The notes under the pieces: generated by a model | The model's input: the letters and a program-made list of their open reading frames with translations, nothing else | Database searches by the model: none | Told to the model about the DNA's origin: nothing | Shown: positions 50,101-62,000 of the stretch, piece after piece | How positions within the stretch are numbered: position 1 is the first letter of the stretch | Layout of the letters: each line of letters opens with the position of its first letter | Position numbers and translations under genes: made by a program | Assembly (NCBI GenBank): GCA_000934665.2 | Contig: KZ538336.1 | Coordinates: 1 to 64,000 of the forward strand | Origin: Catajapyx aquilonaris | Lineage: Eukaryota | Direction: 5' to 3' | Length of the DNA stretch: 64,000 bases

Positions 50101-50891
50101 ACAAGTAGTGTTATATAAACATAAGCATATACAAACGACAGTCGTACCGTTTTTGGTCAGCAGATGACCACATTGGAGCAGACATAGTTCTTTGGTCTCG
50201 TAGTTGTTGTCGTTCCCGTTGCATCCTCCGTAGTTGAAGTCCTCGCATTCGCCAGTGTTGTTGTTGTAGTAAAACTTGCGTATCGCAGCACGGCATGAAC
50301 CTTTGTCCGGTTCTGCCATACAGCATTTTTCGTCGGTGCAATCAGGATTCCTCACATCTGCAGGTTACGGGTATCGCAATGTTCGGTATATAAATCAGGA
50401 AGTCTGTACGTATGTTGGTATGTCCGGTCTACCTAACCCACTTTCAGACTACTGAGAGTAAAACTTAGCACACTGATGGCTTTTTTTATATATAAAAAAG
50501 TCTAAATACCAAAATAATTCATATTCTTAAATTGTTGTGTGGTTTATAATGTATAACATTGGCCGCATTTAATATGTGGTGTGTCCCCTCCAACTGGTAG
50601 TGCAACACCTGCCGAAGTACTTGTTAGGTCGCATTAAAACGGTTAATGACATGCCACAGGTGTGTTTAGCAGCTGGCAAATGCTATTCATGTGGCAATAA
50701 TATGGCTTTTTGTTATACAACGTGCAATAAAAGCAACATTATTGATTTGCATCGTTCAAAACCTTGGAAAAAAAAACCCCAGATCAATTTTCCAATAAAC
50801 TAGTTATTGCAGCATGATTAAAATTATGCTTACCTGCTGGTAGTGCCCAGCATGATGCTGCCAGAAGACACAGTATTGTTGACACCCACAT
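44122..50891 (-). CDS. Secreted multidomain Kunitz (11 domains) plus VWC-like protein (gene A)
   Basis: Signal exon [19 protein letters not shown] (50891-50834). Three Kunitz domains (about 50355-48470), a five-exon Cys-rich/VWC-like cassette (about 48215-47170), eight Kunitz exons (about 46965-44840, mostly with YGGCxGNxNNF-type motifs), a VWC exon (about 44745-44495) and a Ser/Thr tail ending STSTESST* at 44122. Confidence 0.85.
48935..49405. repeat. Four tandem units of about 115-120 bp containing (ACAG)n; Helitron/DINE-like derivative
   Basis: CCGAAAACCGTTTGTCTCTA...GATACATGTCCACAGACAGACAGACGGACAAGAG...GACTTATTTATTAGGAAAAAGTCTA recurs at about 48947, 49061, 49178 and 49295. The superfamily assignment is inference. 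Confidence 0.85.
49420..49628. mobile_element. Small inverted-repeat (MITE-like) element in a gene A intron
   Basis: CAACCGAGTGCGCACCCACACTCGCGCAGC (about 49424) versus GCTGCGCGAACTGTGGTGTGCACTCGGTTG (about 49595-49624). No clear TSD. Confidence 0.55.
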
Positions 50892-53800
50892 TGTTTGAGC
50901 ACTGTTAACACGGCACAGCCAGACAAGCAGAGGTGTCTGGACAGAGTGGGCAAAAATTTTTATAGGCTTTCCTATCACGTCTCTTCGGGTTCTGAGTTGA
51001 GGTCATCCCGAAGCCGACGTCACCAAACGTCCTCACCCAATCCAATCGCGGCAGTAGAAAGCTTCGCAACTATTTTTTTAAAACAAAAATACTATTAAAC
51101 ACTTACGATTGCGGTATAGCATGTGCGAATCATTGGGAGGTCAAAAGGTCAAGTTTGTGGCCATGGCGACGGATGGAAAATCCCCCAATATGTGCGTGCA
51201 GTGCATATCGGGTACTTAGTATTTACAAATCGATTTTGTTTCACCGAAGAATGTTGATGTACCCAGAATATTGACGAGTAGATGTCCTATACGAGCTTTT
51301 CGTAAATTAGATAATGATTAACAGCAATCAGATTTGGGCTACTTAAGTGTAAGTAGTTGCAGCTTTTAACATATTTGACTGACTGTTTGGCATGTAAATT
51401 GAACTGGCGTCAGTTTTATTGACGGACAGTATAAAACGGGTTGGGGGAAACTGGACTATATAGGGCTGACGTTTCGTGCGGATATGCATAAATAAATAAA
51501 TAAATAAGTAAATAAATAAAGTAGGAGTGCATTGCCTTGGGCTCAGATAAACTGGGTCACCACCACTCCCTGCCAAAATGACCTTTCGTTTCTACTGACT
51601 GTATTTTTTATGTATCGTCATGAGGCCGTAAAACCCCCTCTCTCTTCCCGTTTTACCTGGGATGATGTACAGGGTGTCGTGTAAGGTCACTGCCAGTATA
51701 CTGACGAAACATCCTGACAATAAAGAGGAAAGAGGAAAAGTGTTGTCACGTACAATAATTGAAGCCGGCCCTTTGTTGGCCATCTGTATAGTGAGCAAAA
51801 TAAGTAGGGCACTAATGGCAACAGTGTTTAATTTTTTGCATAATTTTTTGTATTTTTAGAATCACAGGGTGGACCAGAAGGTCGCATTGCTACATGTGAC
51901 CCTACATGTCATTATCGCACAATTGCAATTGCATCCAAAAAGGTCATACGCGAACCTTGAACCCATCGAATAATTCCTGGAAACCTTCAATGTGAGAATA
52001 TACGCCGAGGGTCATACTTGACCCAGAAAATGTGACGTCATCCGATGGGCTTACCGGATGATTTTTCTATCGCTAATAAAAATTCTAAGACTTTGTGACC
52101 TTGACTTGGTAAAAGGATGACATCCCACACCTTCTTATGTCACAAGGTCCAAAAATGGGAAAGATCTGGAATTGAAAGTGGGATTTTAAAATGGGCGGAC
52201 ACGACCTTGGATAAATATATTGTATTTGGGTGGCCTACAGGGTGATCCACTACTCAAGTCTCTTAATTCAATTTACTAGGCTGGGGGGGAAACAACCATG
52301 ATTAATAATGTGGAGGCAATCGCCTTGTAAATTTTTCTGAGAAAAAAAAGTACGATTATTTCTTCATGAGGGGAATACAGAGTGGTTGTGACCTACTGTC
52401 CAACTTTGGGCTTGAAGGACGATTGTTGTAGGCTTTAGCCAAACGTGGTTTTTTCATGGGCAAGGATTCTTCTCAGGCATATCGCTTCCAAGAAGTTGAC
52501 CTTACGTAACGAGCAATATCATGGATTACTGGGAGAGATAATAAAAAAAGTGTTACATCTTCCAGGAGCATACAGGTCTAAGTAGAGAATAAGCCTTACA
52601 ACACAAAGGCAGAATAATACTAAAATGACGTAATTTGCATAGTGGGCAACATTGGATCTTTTCTCCTGATAGGCTTATATTTTCTCCGTCGGATGTTTGT
52701 CCGACCTGATAGTGTCGCTATCTCTCGCAGACATGAGGGTGGCAGGAGTGTGCAGAAGAAATGCGCCATCTACGCGTGAATAATAGTACTTTGTATGGTA
52801 AATTGGCGGTCCACCTAATTAAAGTCGTTTGTCACTTTCATACCGTAGCCAAATTTATTTATTTTATATTATTACAGTACCTCTCACTTTCATCAGCTTC
52901 GAAGATTGTTTCCTCATCATGACACATACTATTCAACCTTGAATAGCTGACTAAGTTTTTATGTCCTCTTTTTGTGTGTGTGTTAATATGACTATAGATG
53001 AGTAGGCCAAATATCACGATGGTTTCTGAGAATTTGGAGTCAGAAAATTATCCAATAACATGTAATTAAAAGTTGAAGGTCCGCTAATTTGCATGTGCTT
53101 TTTTTTATTCAAACATAAAAAAAATTAGTTGCCGTCATAACATCCGCCAGAGTGAGACACATCATACTTCAGTTGTGGGCGTAACATGTTAAATTTGACC
53201 TAATAATTAAGCCAAAAATTCGATCGAAATAAATCCGGTGTTAAAACTAATTTAAAAAATAAGCACAAGTGCGCTGCAAGAGTCGCCGCCTCCCATCTAT
53301 TTGCATTTAGTAGAAGCTGCTAATATTAGCCTTGTTGGTTTGACGACATTCCCAAGCTTCGGTCTACTTTTTGGGCAGGCCAAAATTAGAGCCCTTTCGG
53401 TGTACACTTGGGCCTAGCTAAAGGAGTGCATGCGTGTGCATGTGTGTATGACCCCTTAATATTTTTTTTTCCAACTGAGCATCACCAGCAATCAGTGATC
53501 TAAACAACTATCAGAAGGTAAATAATGTGGGCGACAAGCTGTGGTTTTTACATTTTCTTTGTGCGATATATTTTTCGCTGTTAATAGACAGTGATTCAAA
53601 GGATGTGAGGCCTAATTAAGCGTGAGATTAGTATAGGAAGCGGCTCCATTTTTTTGTGTGTACAGTGCATATAAAATTCGGTGTGTGTGAAAGGATGTAG
53701 TGAAGGTCTAGAGAAGAAAACGTGTTTTGCATGTGGCCACGCAAAAGCCCCCATTCAGCAATGCTCTGACTCATTCACGGCTCTCGTTATAATATTTAAA

Positions 53801-55085
53801 GGGTTAAAATGCACCTTTTAAAATATTAATATTGCATTGGTGAAGTACATAGCCAATATTGCATTGTTATAGAAAAGTTAGGTAACATGTGCGCAATAGT
53901 GGTTGGATTCATAATAATAAAAAGGTGTTATTTTATTGGTATGACTCGTAATGTATAGATATGCAATTTATATAGGTAATAGTTGTAACACCGCTTTTAA
54001 CTACCAGTTGCATATAGAATCAAAATCTAGAAAAAACAAGAAACTTGTTTTGATCAAAGTGATAAGATCAGCATGTGACTAACATGTGCGTCTAATATTG
54101 CTCAATACAATATATGTAATTAAATAATATATCATGATATTTAACTATCTTAATTTTGTTATTTAATTTGGGTGGAATTTACGTCTCACTAGCAGTGGGA
54201 CTACAATTACACGCATTGCCGATTTACTCTTTCCATGAAAAAAGTGATAATTAAACATTTAAGTAATGACACCACAATTAGTAAATATATGTAATGGACT
54301 AATGGCATAATTATATCAATATTACGAATTTATGCAATGAAACCATTGCAAAATTAACAGAATAATTAAACAACACGTGCGATTTAAACTAATGACATTT
54401 AATTAGAAAAAAACGATCAGAGGGCACCATGTTGTATTATTATGCGTTTAATTTTTATTTAAATAAATGTTATTACATGGCCATGCGTTTTAAAAGTACG
54501 TACTTATCTATCATAACAAACCACACCTTTAACCACACTATATGGTAATGATTTTAAGTAATAAAAACCGTATAAGAAAACATTTTATAATAAAATCCAC
54601 CAGTTTGAACCTCCCTCCTCAATTACACCGTTGCCAAATCAACAGAACCGGCAACATGGCCTTGATGAAAACCATTTAAAAAAAAAATCAACTTATTCCA
54701 AACCAAGACTTTATTAATAAACACAAGTAAAAAAAAATTAAATATTTTATAAATAGTAACCAATCCCCCTGTAGATAGAAATAATCCTGATCAAAGATGT
54801 CTCCTTGATTTCGTTTGTTGCATCGCATCCAAGGGGAGACCGAGAGCTAGAGAGAGAAAATTCCAACCATTTTATTATTCCGATTCTAAAGAAACAGCAA
54901 GCCGATTATCTGCATTCCTCCTGCTGGGACTTGTGCGCCTCAAAATTTATACACAAATTTAAGTAAGTTACACCATGGGGTGGAGCCGCCTTTGTTGGGG
55001 GTCATTGGACACTGGTCATTATTTGGAGCAAAAATTAAAAAATGCATATATTTGGTACATTCCAATAATTGCAGATACTCAAGAT

Positions 55086-58000
55086 ATGGAGAGCGCCGTG
55101 AGTGAGCCGCAACCCGAGGCGACACCCGCTGCGATTGCTGCGCTTCCGGAAGACGTCGCACCGCAAGTGGCCGCACCGTCGAAGGCGGAAAGCAGCCGGG
55201 AAAGCAGCAAGCGGGATGAACGACTAAGAAAAAAGGCGGAGAAGAGCATAGAGCAGCTTCTGAAGGCGCTGAACGACCTGCGTACGCCCGAGGAAAAGCT
55301 GGCCTTCATGTGCAAGAAGTGCGCTGAGATGTACGAAGAAAACCGCCGGTTGCAGTACGGTCTGAAGCAAGGCGAGAAGCGGGCGCTGCAGCTGTGCAAA
55401 GAGAAGGAGCACCTGCAGTCGGAACACTCCAAGGCGATCCTAACCAGAAGCAGGCTTGAGAGTCTCTGCCGGTATGTCCCATGTAAAAATGTACCTACAA
55501 ACTGTAACCCCCCCGGTTTCATTTTCAGCGAGCTTCAGAAGCAGAACAAGGCGGTGAAGGACGAGAGCTTGCTGCGGATCCGTGAGGGTGAAGAGAAGCA
55601 GCGGGAGGTGTCCCTTAAGTTCCAGACGACGCTGACGGAAATTAATTCCCTAATGCAACAGAACACGGAGAAGAATGCGAAGCTTAGGGAGGAGAATATT
55701 GAGATGGCTAAGAAGCTCAAATCGCTTTGCGAGCAGTACGAGGCCCGCGAGCAGGTGAGGGAGCAGGTAACTACACACTCTACTTCTCAGAATGGAGTGA
55801 AGTGGTTGCACTGTTGGGTGGCGCACACCTTTTATTTAATTATTTGATATTTAAAAAATAATAATTAATTGTTACTAACATTATTGAATGGCGTAGTATC
55901 GCGTAGTATGTAGTAATGGAAATGTTTCCAAGCACATTTTTTTTTTTTTGTAGATAATACTGTTAGTGCAGTGGGAATTGCGGTTTCAGTTTTTGAGTTG
56001 CTCGTACTAGTTGCAATGAACTTGGAAAAGTTGGTAATCCAATGTGGTCGCATCACAGCCAAATTACGAGTTCACTTACAAGTAAATTAATAAGTAATGT
56101 GGTAAAAATGTCAAATCACATCCAATTAATACACTAAGCGAGTAGAGTACAAGTTGCCTAGCCAAAAATTAATCGTAGAAATGATGCAACGATTGGCCGC
56201 ATTTTAAAAACTTCATTAGTTGCAGCAATTACATGTTTGAAACATTGGTTTATTAATTTTTATGCATCTGACTGATTGCACATTTCGTAACTTACGCATC
56301 GTGCTGCATGTTGCATATCGCTGTGATTGCGAACCGCATTTTGACCGTGTTTAATGCGTCCAGCACGTTGAGAAGCTTCTGAAGCACAAGGAGCTTGAGT
56401 TGCAACTGTCCGAGGCGAAGCTAGCGAAGGGCAAGATGGAGATGAGCGAGGAGAGGGAGAAGCACCTGAAGGAGAAGCAGGAGCTGCTGTTGGAACTGAC
56501 TGAATACCAGAAGAAGTGCCAGGAACTACAGACGAGTGAGATCGGGCTCAGGAACCAGCTGCAGCTGTACACGGAGAAGTACGACGACTTCCAGAAGGCC
56601 CTCACCCGGAGTAATGACATCTTCTCTAGCTTCAAGAGCGAGATGGAGAAGGTTAGAATCGCTCTCTTGTATTTTGGGACTCGAGTATTTCATTGCTTAG
56701 TTATTTGAGGCACCAGACATTCTGCAGACCAATGACCTCGAAACACAGAAAGTAGTGTTGGAGTAGTAGGAAAGTAGAAGGGATGCAAGTGTTGACTTGA
56801 ATTGCAATACAATGTGTCGTTTGGTCAAGGATGAGCGGAGAGGGAATGAGAGCCTTTACTCCCATGATGCAGGATTGAGGTCAGTTGCTTTTTTTTTACG
56901 AGCCACCAGCTGTACTATAATCATAAAGCACATTGCCTTATAAAAGAAAGATTGGGGCCTAAGTAACGCCATGAAACCGTCGGCACAAATGTAATTTTTC
57001 TAAACATAATTGAGTTTAATGCTAACAGCTGGCTGCCCCATAAGTGGAATAATTACTGCAAGTACAATGCAGGTGACCTGATCCACAGTAGCCATTAGAG
57101 ACGATAAATTGTGTTGTCAGTATTCTCTGGAGTACTTGTTAAGATTTAGTAATTGACGCATATCAAAACAGATGGCAAAGAAGATCCGCAAACTCGAGAA
57201 GGAGACACAATCATGGAAGCAGAAGTGGGAGACGAGCAACTCAGCACTTCTTCAGCTGGCGGCAGATAAGCAGAGAAGGGACGCCGAAGTCAAGGCTGCC
57301 ACCAAACAAGTGTCACAGCTGGAGAAACTCTGCAGGGCTCTGCAGGCCGAGAGGAACACTCTCTCCGCACAGCTCAAGACATGCCAAAATGGAACAGGTT
57401 AGTAGACAACAATACCTGAAATGCATAACAATTAACAGTCACATTTATTGTTGGAACTTCGGCATTGTGCACATAATCCATATCTTGCTTTCGGTGGCTG
57501 AAATTATTATCCTTTCTAGTGGCTCCTGAAGTTGTTGCGCCAACCAGCCCAGCTCAAGTAGCAGGTGACTGCGAGAAAATTACAAATCAAATTGAGGAGA
57601 TTACCTTGGAAGAGGTGGAGAGTGACAAGGTACGAACGGAAGAAAACACTCCAGAAGTGGTGGAGAAAGTTGCTGCTGCGGAAGAGAGTAAAATATCCCA
57701 AGAGAGCAGCTTAGAGGACATTTCTCAGGAGAAAAATGTGCAGGAGAAGATTGCGGAGGAGAAAACTGAGGAGAAAAAAGCAGAGGAGAAACCTGGGGAA
57801 GGAGGAGTCCAAGTGAGTCACGTTTATAGAGAACTTTGTTGGGATGCTCAGGTTATAGAAGTTCCACTATACGATTTGGATTTTAAGCGAATATGAAATG
57901 GGTACTTTGTGTCAGCAGAGCATCAACAAGGAAGTATAACTACGAATCGCCAAATTGCCCTGCAACTTGTTACACCTTTGCGGTTTGCTTACATTTGCAT

Positions 58001-58628
58001 TAAATTAGATGGGACAAGTAGATCTCTCAATGATATATGCCTGTCACAGTTGGAGAACTCCTGGCCCACATCCGAGGCAAAACTGGTATTAGTGATTATT
58101 GGTGTACGTTGTTTTTACTGGCTAATGATAGTGGATGTGATTACAATGCCAAAGGCACTTGCTTCAACGCAAGCATCATGCTTGTGCAGGATTTTTCCGA
58201 TATAATTATGACAAATGCTTCTGCGCTATTGAAGCTAAAACCTTTTTAACCTGCCAGGAGCTGCCACTGGATACACTGGAAATGGAAAATTTGTTGAAAG
58301 AGCAGGAGGCAGCGGCAAAACAGATGGAGCAGCTGATCCACCACCAGAAAGACATCGACACCATCAAAGAAGAGCAGGGATCCATCTGGGCAAAGGACGA
58401 CTCTCCTGACGCAGACGACATTTCTTCCAGCATGAATGGAGCCGAGAATGGTATTAAAACCAGTTCCGAGGAAGGGGATAAGAAAGAGGCTCCAACCAAA
58501 GATGGAAGGAAAGTCAAGGTGAGTTTGAGTTCCTTATTAGCAAAGTGTTTCTGGCTTTTATTAGAGTGTGTAACATATGCGGATTAATTTTTTTTCAGGA
58601 GGGAGGTCGCAAGCGGAGGAAGAAGTAA
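55086..58628 (+). CDS. TXLN: Taxilin family coiled-coil protein. Exons approx. 55086-55471, 55529-55754, 56364-56651, 57172-57398, 57520-57812, 58258-58518, 58599-58628
   Basis: RSRLESLCRELQKQNKAVKDES, LREENIEMAKKLKSLCEQYEARE, LRNQLQLYTEKYDDFQKALTRSNDIFSSFKSEMEKMAKKIRKLEKETQSWK and LEKLCRALQAER are taxilin hallmarks. The C-terminal exon choice is less certain. Confidence 0.92.
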
Positions 58629-58812
58629 AGATCTAGTACGGCTTATTTATAACTGATATGCGTTTTCTTTTTTTTAGGGAAGAAAGGGGGGGGGGTCGTT
58701 TTTTCCAGTCTCTGTATTGAAATCGTCAGATAAAAAAATGCTAAAAAATATATTAAAATTTTGAGCTGAACACATGCGGACTGGTTATTGACTTCCTTCA
58801 TTCCTACTCTTA

Positions 58813-58921
58813 GGCCCGGTTTCACCAAGCCCGGTTTTCGTAAAAACCCTAGTTCTTTCGGAAAATCCCTCTTCTATTTGCAGGGATTTTCCAAAAGAAC
58901 CGGGCCTGATGAAACAGGCCC
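58813..58921. mobile_element. Harbinger/Tourist-like palindromic MITE between the convergent taxilin and GH1 3' ends
   Basis: GGCCCGGTTTCACCAAGCCCGGTT versus AACCGGGCCTGATGAAACAGGCCC, with internal hairpin GTTCTTTCGGAAAATCCCT/AGGGATTTTCCAAAAGAAC. Preceded by TTA. Confidence 0.55.
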
Positions 58922-59014
58922 TTTGTGTTCATCAGTCATCTCGGGCTTCTTCCTTTGAACTGGAGACTTGGGCAGTACGTAACCTTCTAAAAGAGGAAGA
59001 ATAACTGAATATTT

Positions 59015-62000
59015 TTAGTTGCTGATATTTTGAGGCGGAGGGAACCCCCAGTCAGTGATGACCTGCTTGTAGAAATGTGCCGAAGCCTTTGCTGTACGAG
59101 TTCTGTTCGGATCCTTGAAGTCCACTTGGTACAGCCCATACTTGGCGCTTAGAGAGAAGGCACGTTAATATTATTACTCGTATTGCAGGGCGAGCCGTGT
59201 ACCTGTAGCCCGAGTTCCACTCAAAGTTGTCCATCAGACTCCAGATGGTGTAGCTTCTGAGCTTGCATCCGTCCACCTGGATGGCCTGAAGAGCTTCCTT
59301 CATGTACGACTGAAGGTACAAGATCCGGTCTGTGTCGTTCAGTCCTTCATTTCCAGTGTCGCTTAGGCCACTCTCGGTCAGGAATATCTCAGGGCTGTTG
59401 TACTCTCGCATTATCCAGTCCAAAACCTTGCGAAGTCCCCATGGCACCACAGTCTGCGAAAAAAATATGCTGTAGTCACTAGTGCAATAACAATTACTTC
59501 AGTATACATACTCCGGCAAATCCAAGTACTTCAGGGCAGCTGGTGTCATTCGACAGGGTCAGGTTCACGTCATTGATCATTGATGGAGACGGTCCATCAT
59601 TTCCAGACGATGCTAGGTACGTAGTGTAATGATTCAGACAGAAGTGGTCTGATGTACCTGCAATATTCACACTGTAAGCCGTACAAGTGTCAGCCGTGCC
59701 ACGTACCTTTAATGTACTCGATCCACTCCCTATCGAAAGTAGGAAGCCTGGACTTTCTTAGCCCTTGCATCCGACTCTTCTCATCCACATACTTCTTAAT
59801 CACATCCGGATAATCCCCATAGCTGCTGTAAATAGGATGCGCAAAGATCCCACCTTGCATCTCAACCGCTCTTTCAGCTGCTCTCCTATCGTTGAACTTG
59901 TCCTCTTTTGGCTCATACCAGTCAATATCAAGTGTAATGGACACCGTACCATGTTGAAGAGGCCTGTACACATCATCGTACAGATGCCAAGCTGTAGCAT
60001 GAGCCTTCAGAAGATTGTGAGCCACCTTGTACCCTCTAACACCTGGGTCTATAATACCCGGAGCTTTCCCACCATCCTCTGAGCTTATCACTGTACGGTA
60101 TGGCTCATTCAACGTTATCCAATATTTCACCTGTTGTATGACCACAAAGGGAATATATTTCAACCTGTACAAATTAGTGCATTTCAAAAACAACAATGGT
60201 GAGAATTTTACCTTATCGCCAAATGTAGCGAAAGTGAAGTTTGCAAACTCTGCGAATTTTTGCACAATAGATTCATGAGCCCAACCTCCATTGTCTTGTA
60301 AAATTTGAGGCAGGTCCCAGTGGTATATCGTCACCTGAAAAAAAAATAAATTGTGGCAGGTCCGGATAGTTTCTGGTCAATTTTTTTTAAAAAGGGGGGT
60401 GTGCGAAATAAATTATTACCATTGGTCGAATACCGTTGGTTAATAGCTGGTCGATTAGTCGGTGGTAGTAGCCCACCCCATTCTGATTCACGTAGGAGAC
60501 GGTACCGTTGGGCAGAAGTCGAGACCAAGACAAGGAGAAACGGTAGTGAGTCACCTGGAAACACGTTTATTTCAATGACTTGAATTCTAGGTGTCCTCAT
60601 TACGCAGAATTTGACCACCCCTATGATTTATGTTTTTCCAAAAAAATATTCGGCAATATCTGCACTATAATAGGCAATTTTTTTAACAGCTAAATTAATG
60701 ACAGGTTATGCTCATTTTCTAGACAGATTCTATCATGCAAAACGGGCATGACAGCGATCCGTTCTCATCTGAAAGCGAAGGATGTAATTTATTTCGGTAA
60801 AAATGGTTAACTGGACTTATCCTGTTTTTCTCCCCATACTGACCCACTCAAATTCTTTGATCCAAAGCAGTTAACCTGTCATTAACAGTAAGACTTTGAC
60901 AAGCATCGCACATGGCAATTGAACCAACCCCAAGTTCCTTCAACATCTGGATGTCTCTCAGGTACAAGTGATACGAGTCACATGAGACGTCACCGTTGGA
61001 TCCGTCTGCTATCCTCTCCGGATGAGTGTGTGTGAATCGGTCCCAGATACTCTCACCTTTACCTGCAATTTAAGACGTCAATTAAGAAGAAGAAGAAGAA
61101 AAAAAAATTAGTCACTTTCACAGGGACAGTTCAGGTTCACACGGGGCAGTCGTTATGCATTGTTGGAATGAGCCAATCAGATGTGAAAGCCATTGTTGTA
61201 ATTGCTGATGAGAGTTGGCTGCTCTTACCCGAATAGAAACGATCAAACGACAAAATGACCAAACTATGAAGCGAGAAAGCGAACAAACGAACAAACGAAC
61301 AAACGATCACTCAAACGAACGAACGAACAAATGAAAAAAATGATCAAACGACTAAATATCTAAGCGAGCAAGCGAACAAACTATCAAACGAACGAACAAA
61401 TTCAAAGAAAAAAATCAAACGTCCAACCGAACAAATGATGAAACGAACAAATGAGCCAATGGCCAAACGATCAAGCGAGAAAGCGAACAAACGATCACTC
61501 AAACGAACGAACGAACAAATGAAAAATGATCAAACGACAAAATATCAAAACGAGCAAGCGTACAAAGGAACAAACGATCAATCAAACGAACGAACGAACA
61601 AATGAAAAATGATCAAACGACAAAATATCAAAACGAGCAAGCGTACAAAGGAACAAACGATCAAACAAACGAACGAACAAATGATAAAAGATCAAACGTC
61701 CAACCGAACAAATGATGAAACGACCAAATGAGCCAGAGACCAAACGATGAAGCGAACAAACGATCAAGCAAGCAAGCAAGCGAACACACGAACACACGAA
61801 CAAATGAAGAAACGATCAAACGTCCAACCGAATAAATGATGAAACGGTCAAATGAGCAAATGACCAAACGATCAAGCGATCAAGCAAGCAAGCAAGGAAG
61901 CGAACAAACGAACAAACGAACAAATGAAGAAACGATCAAACGACCAACCGAACAAATGATGAAACGGTCAAATGAGCAAACGAAAAACGACCAAATGAGC

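Noticed and set aside
44122..50891. Papilin/lacunin ortholog
   Set aside because: No TSP1, ADAMTS-spacer, WAP or Ig domains are seen; the signal exon leads directly into Kunitz domains.
41309..50891. A single giant gene spanning both Cys-rich blocks
   Set aside because: Gene A has a terminal exon with a stop at 44122 and gene B has its own signal-peptide exon at 43649. Read-through splicing cannot be fully excluded without cDNA.
60680..60890. 14-bp inverted repeat TTAATGACAGGTTA / TAACCTGTCATTAA as a MITE
   Set aside because: Possibly an element remnant, but too short and without a convincing TSD to annotate.
60335..60928. Apparent missing YRFS exon suggesting a GH1 pseudogene
   Set aside because: The exon is present at 60554-60420 ([17 protein letters not shown]...GIRPM) but is not in the ORF track; the reading frame is intact.
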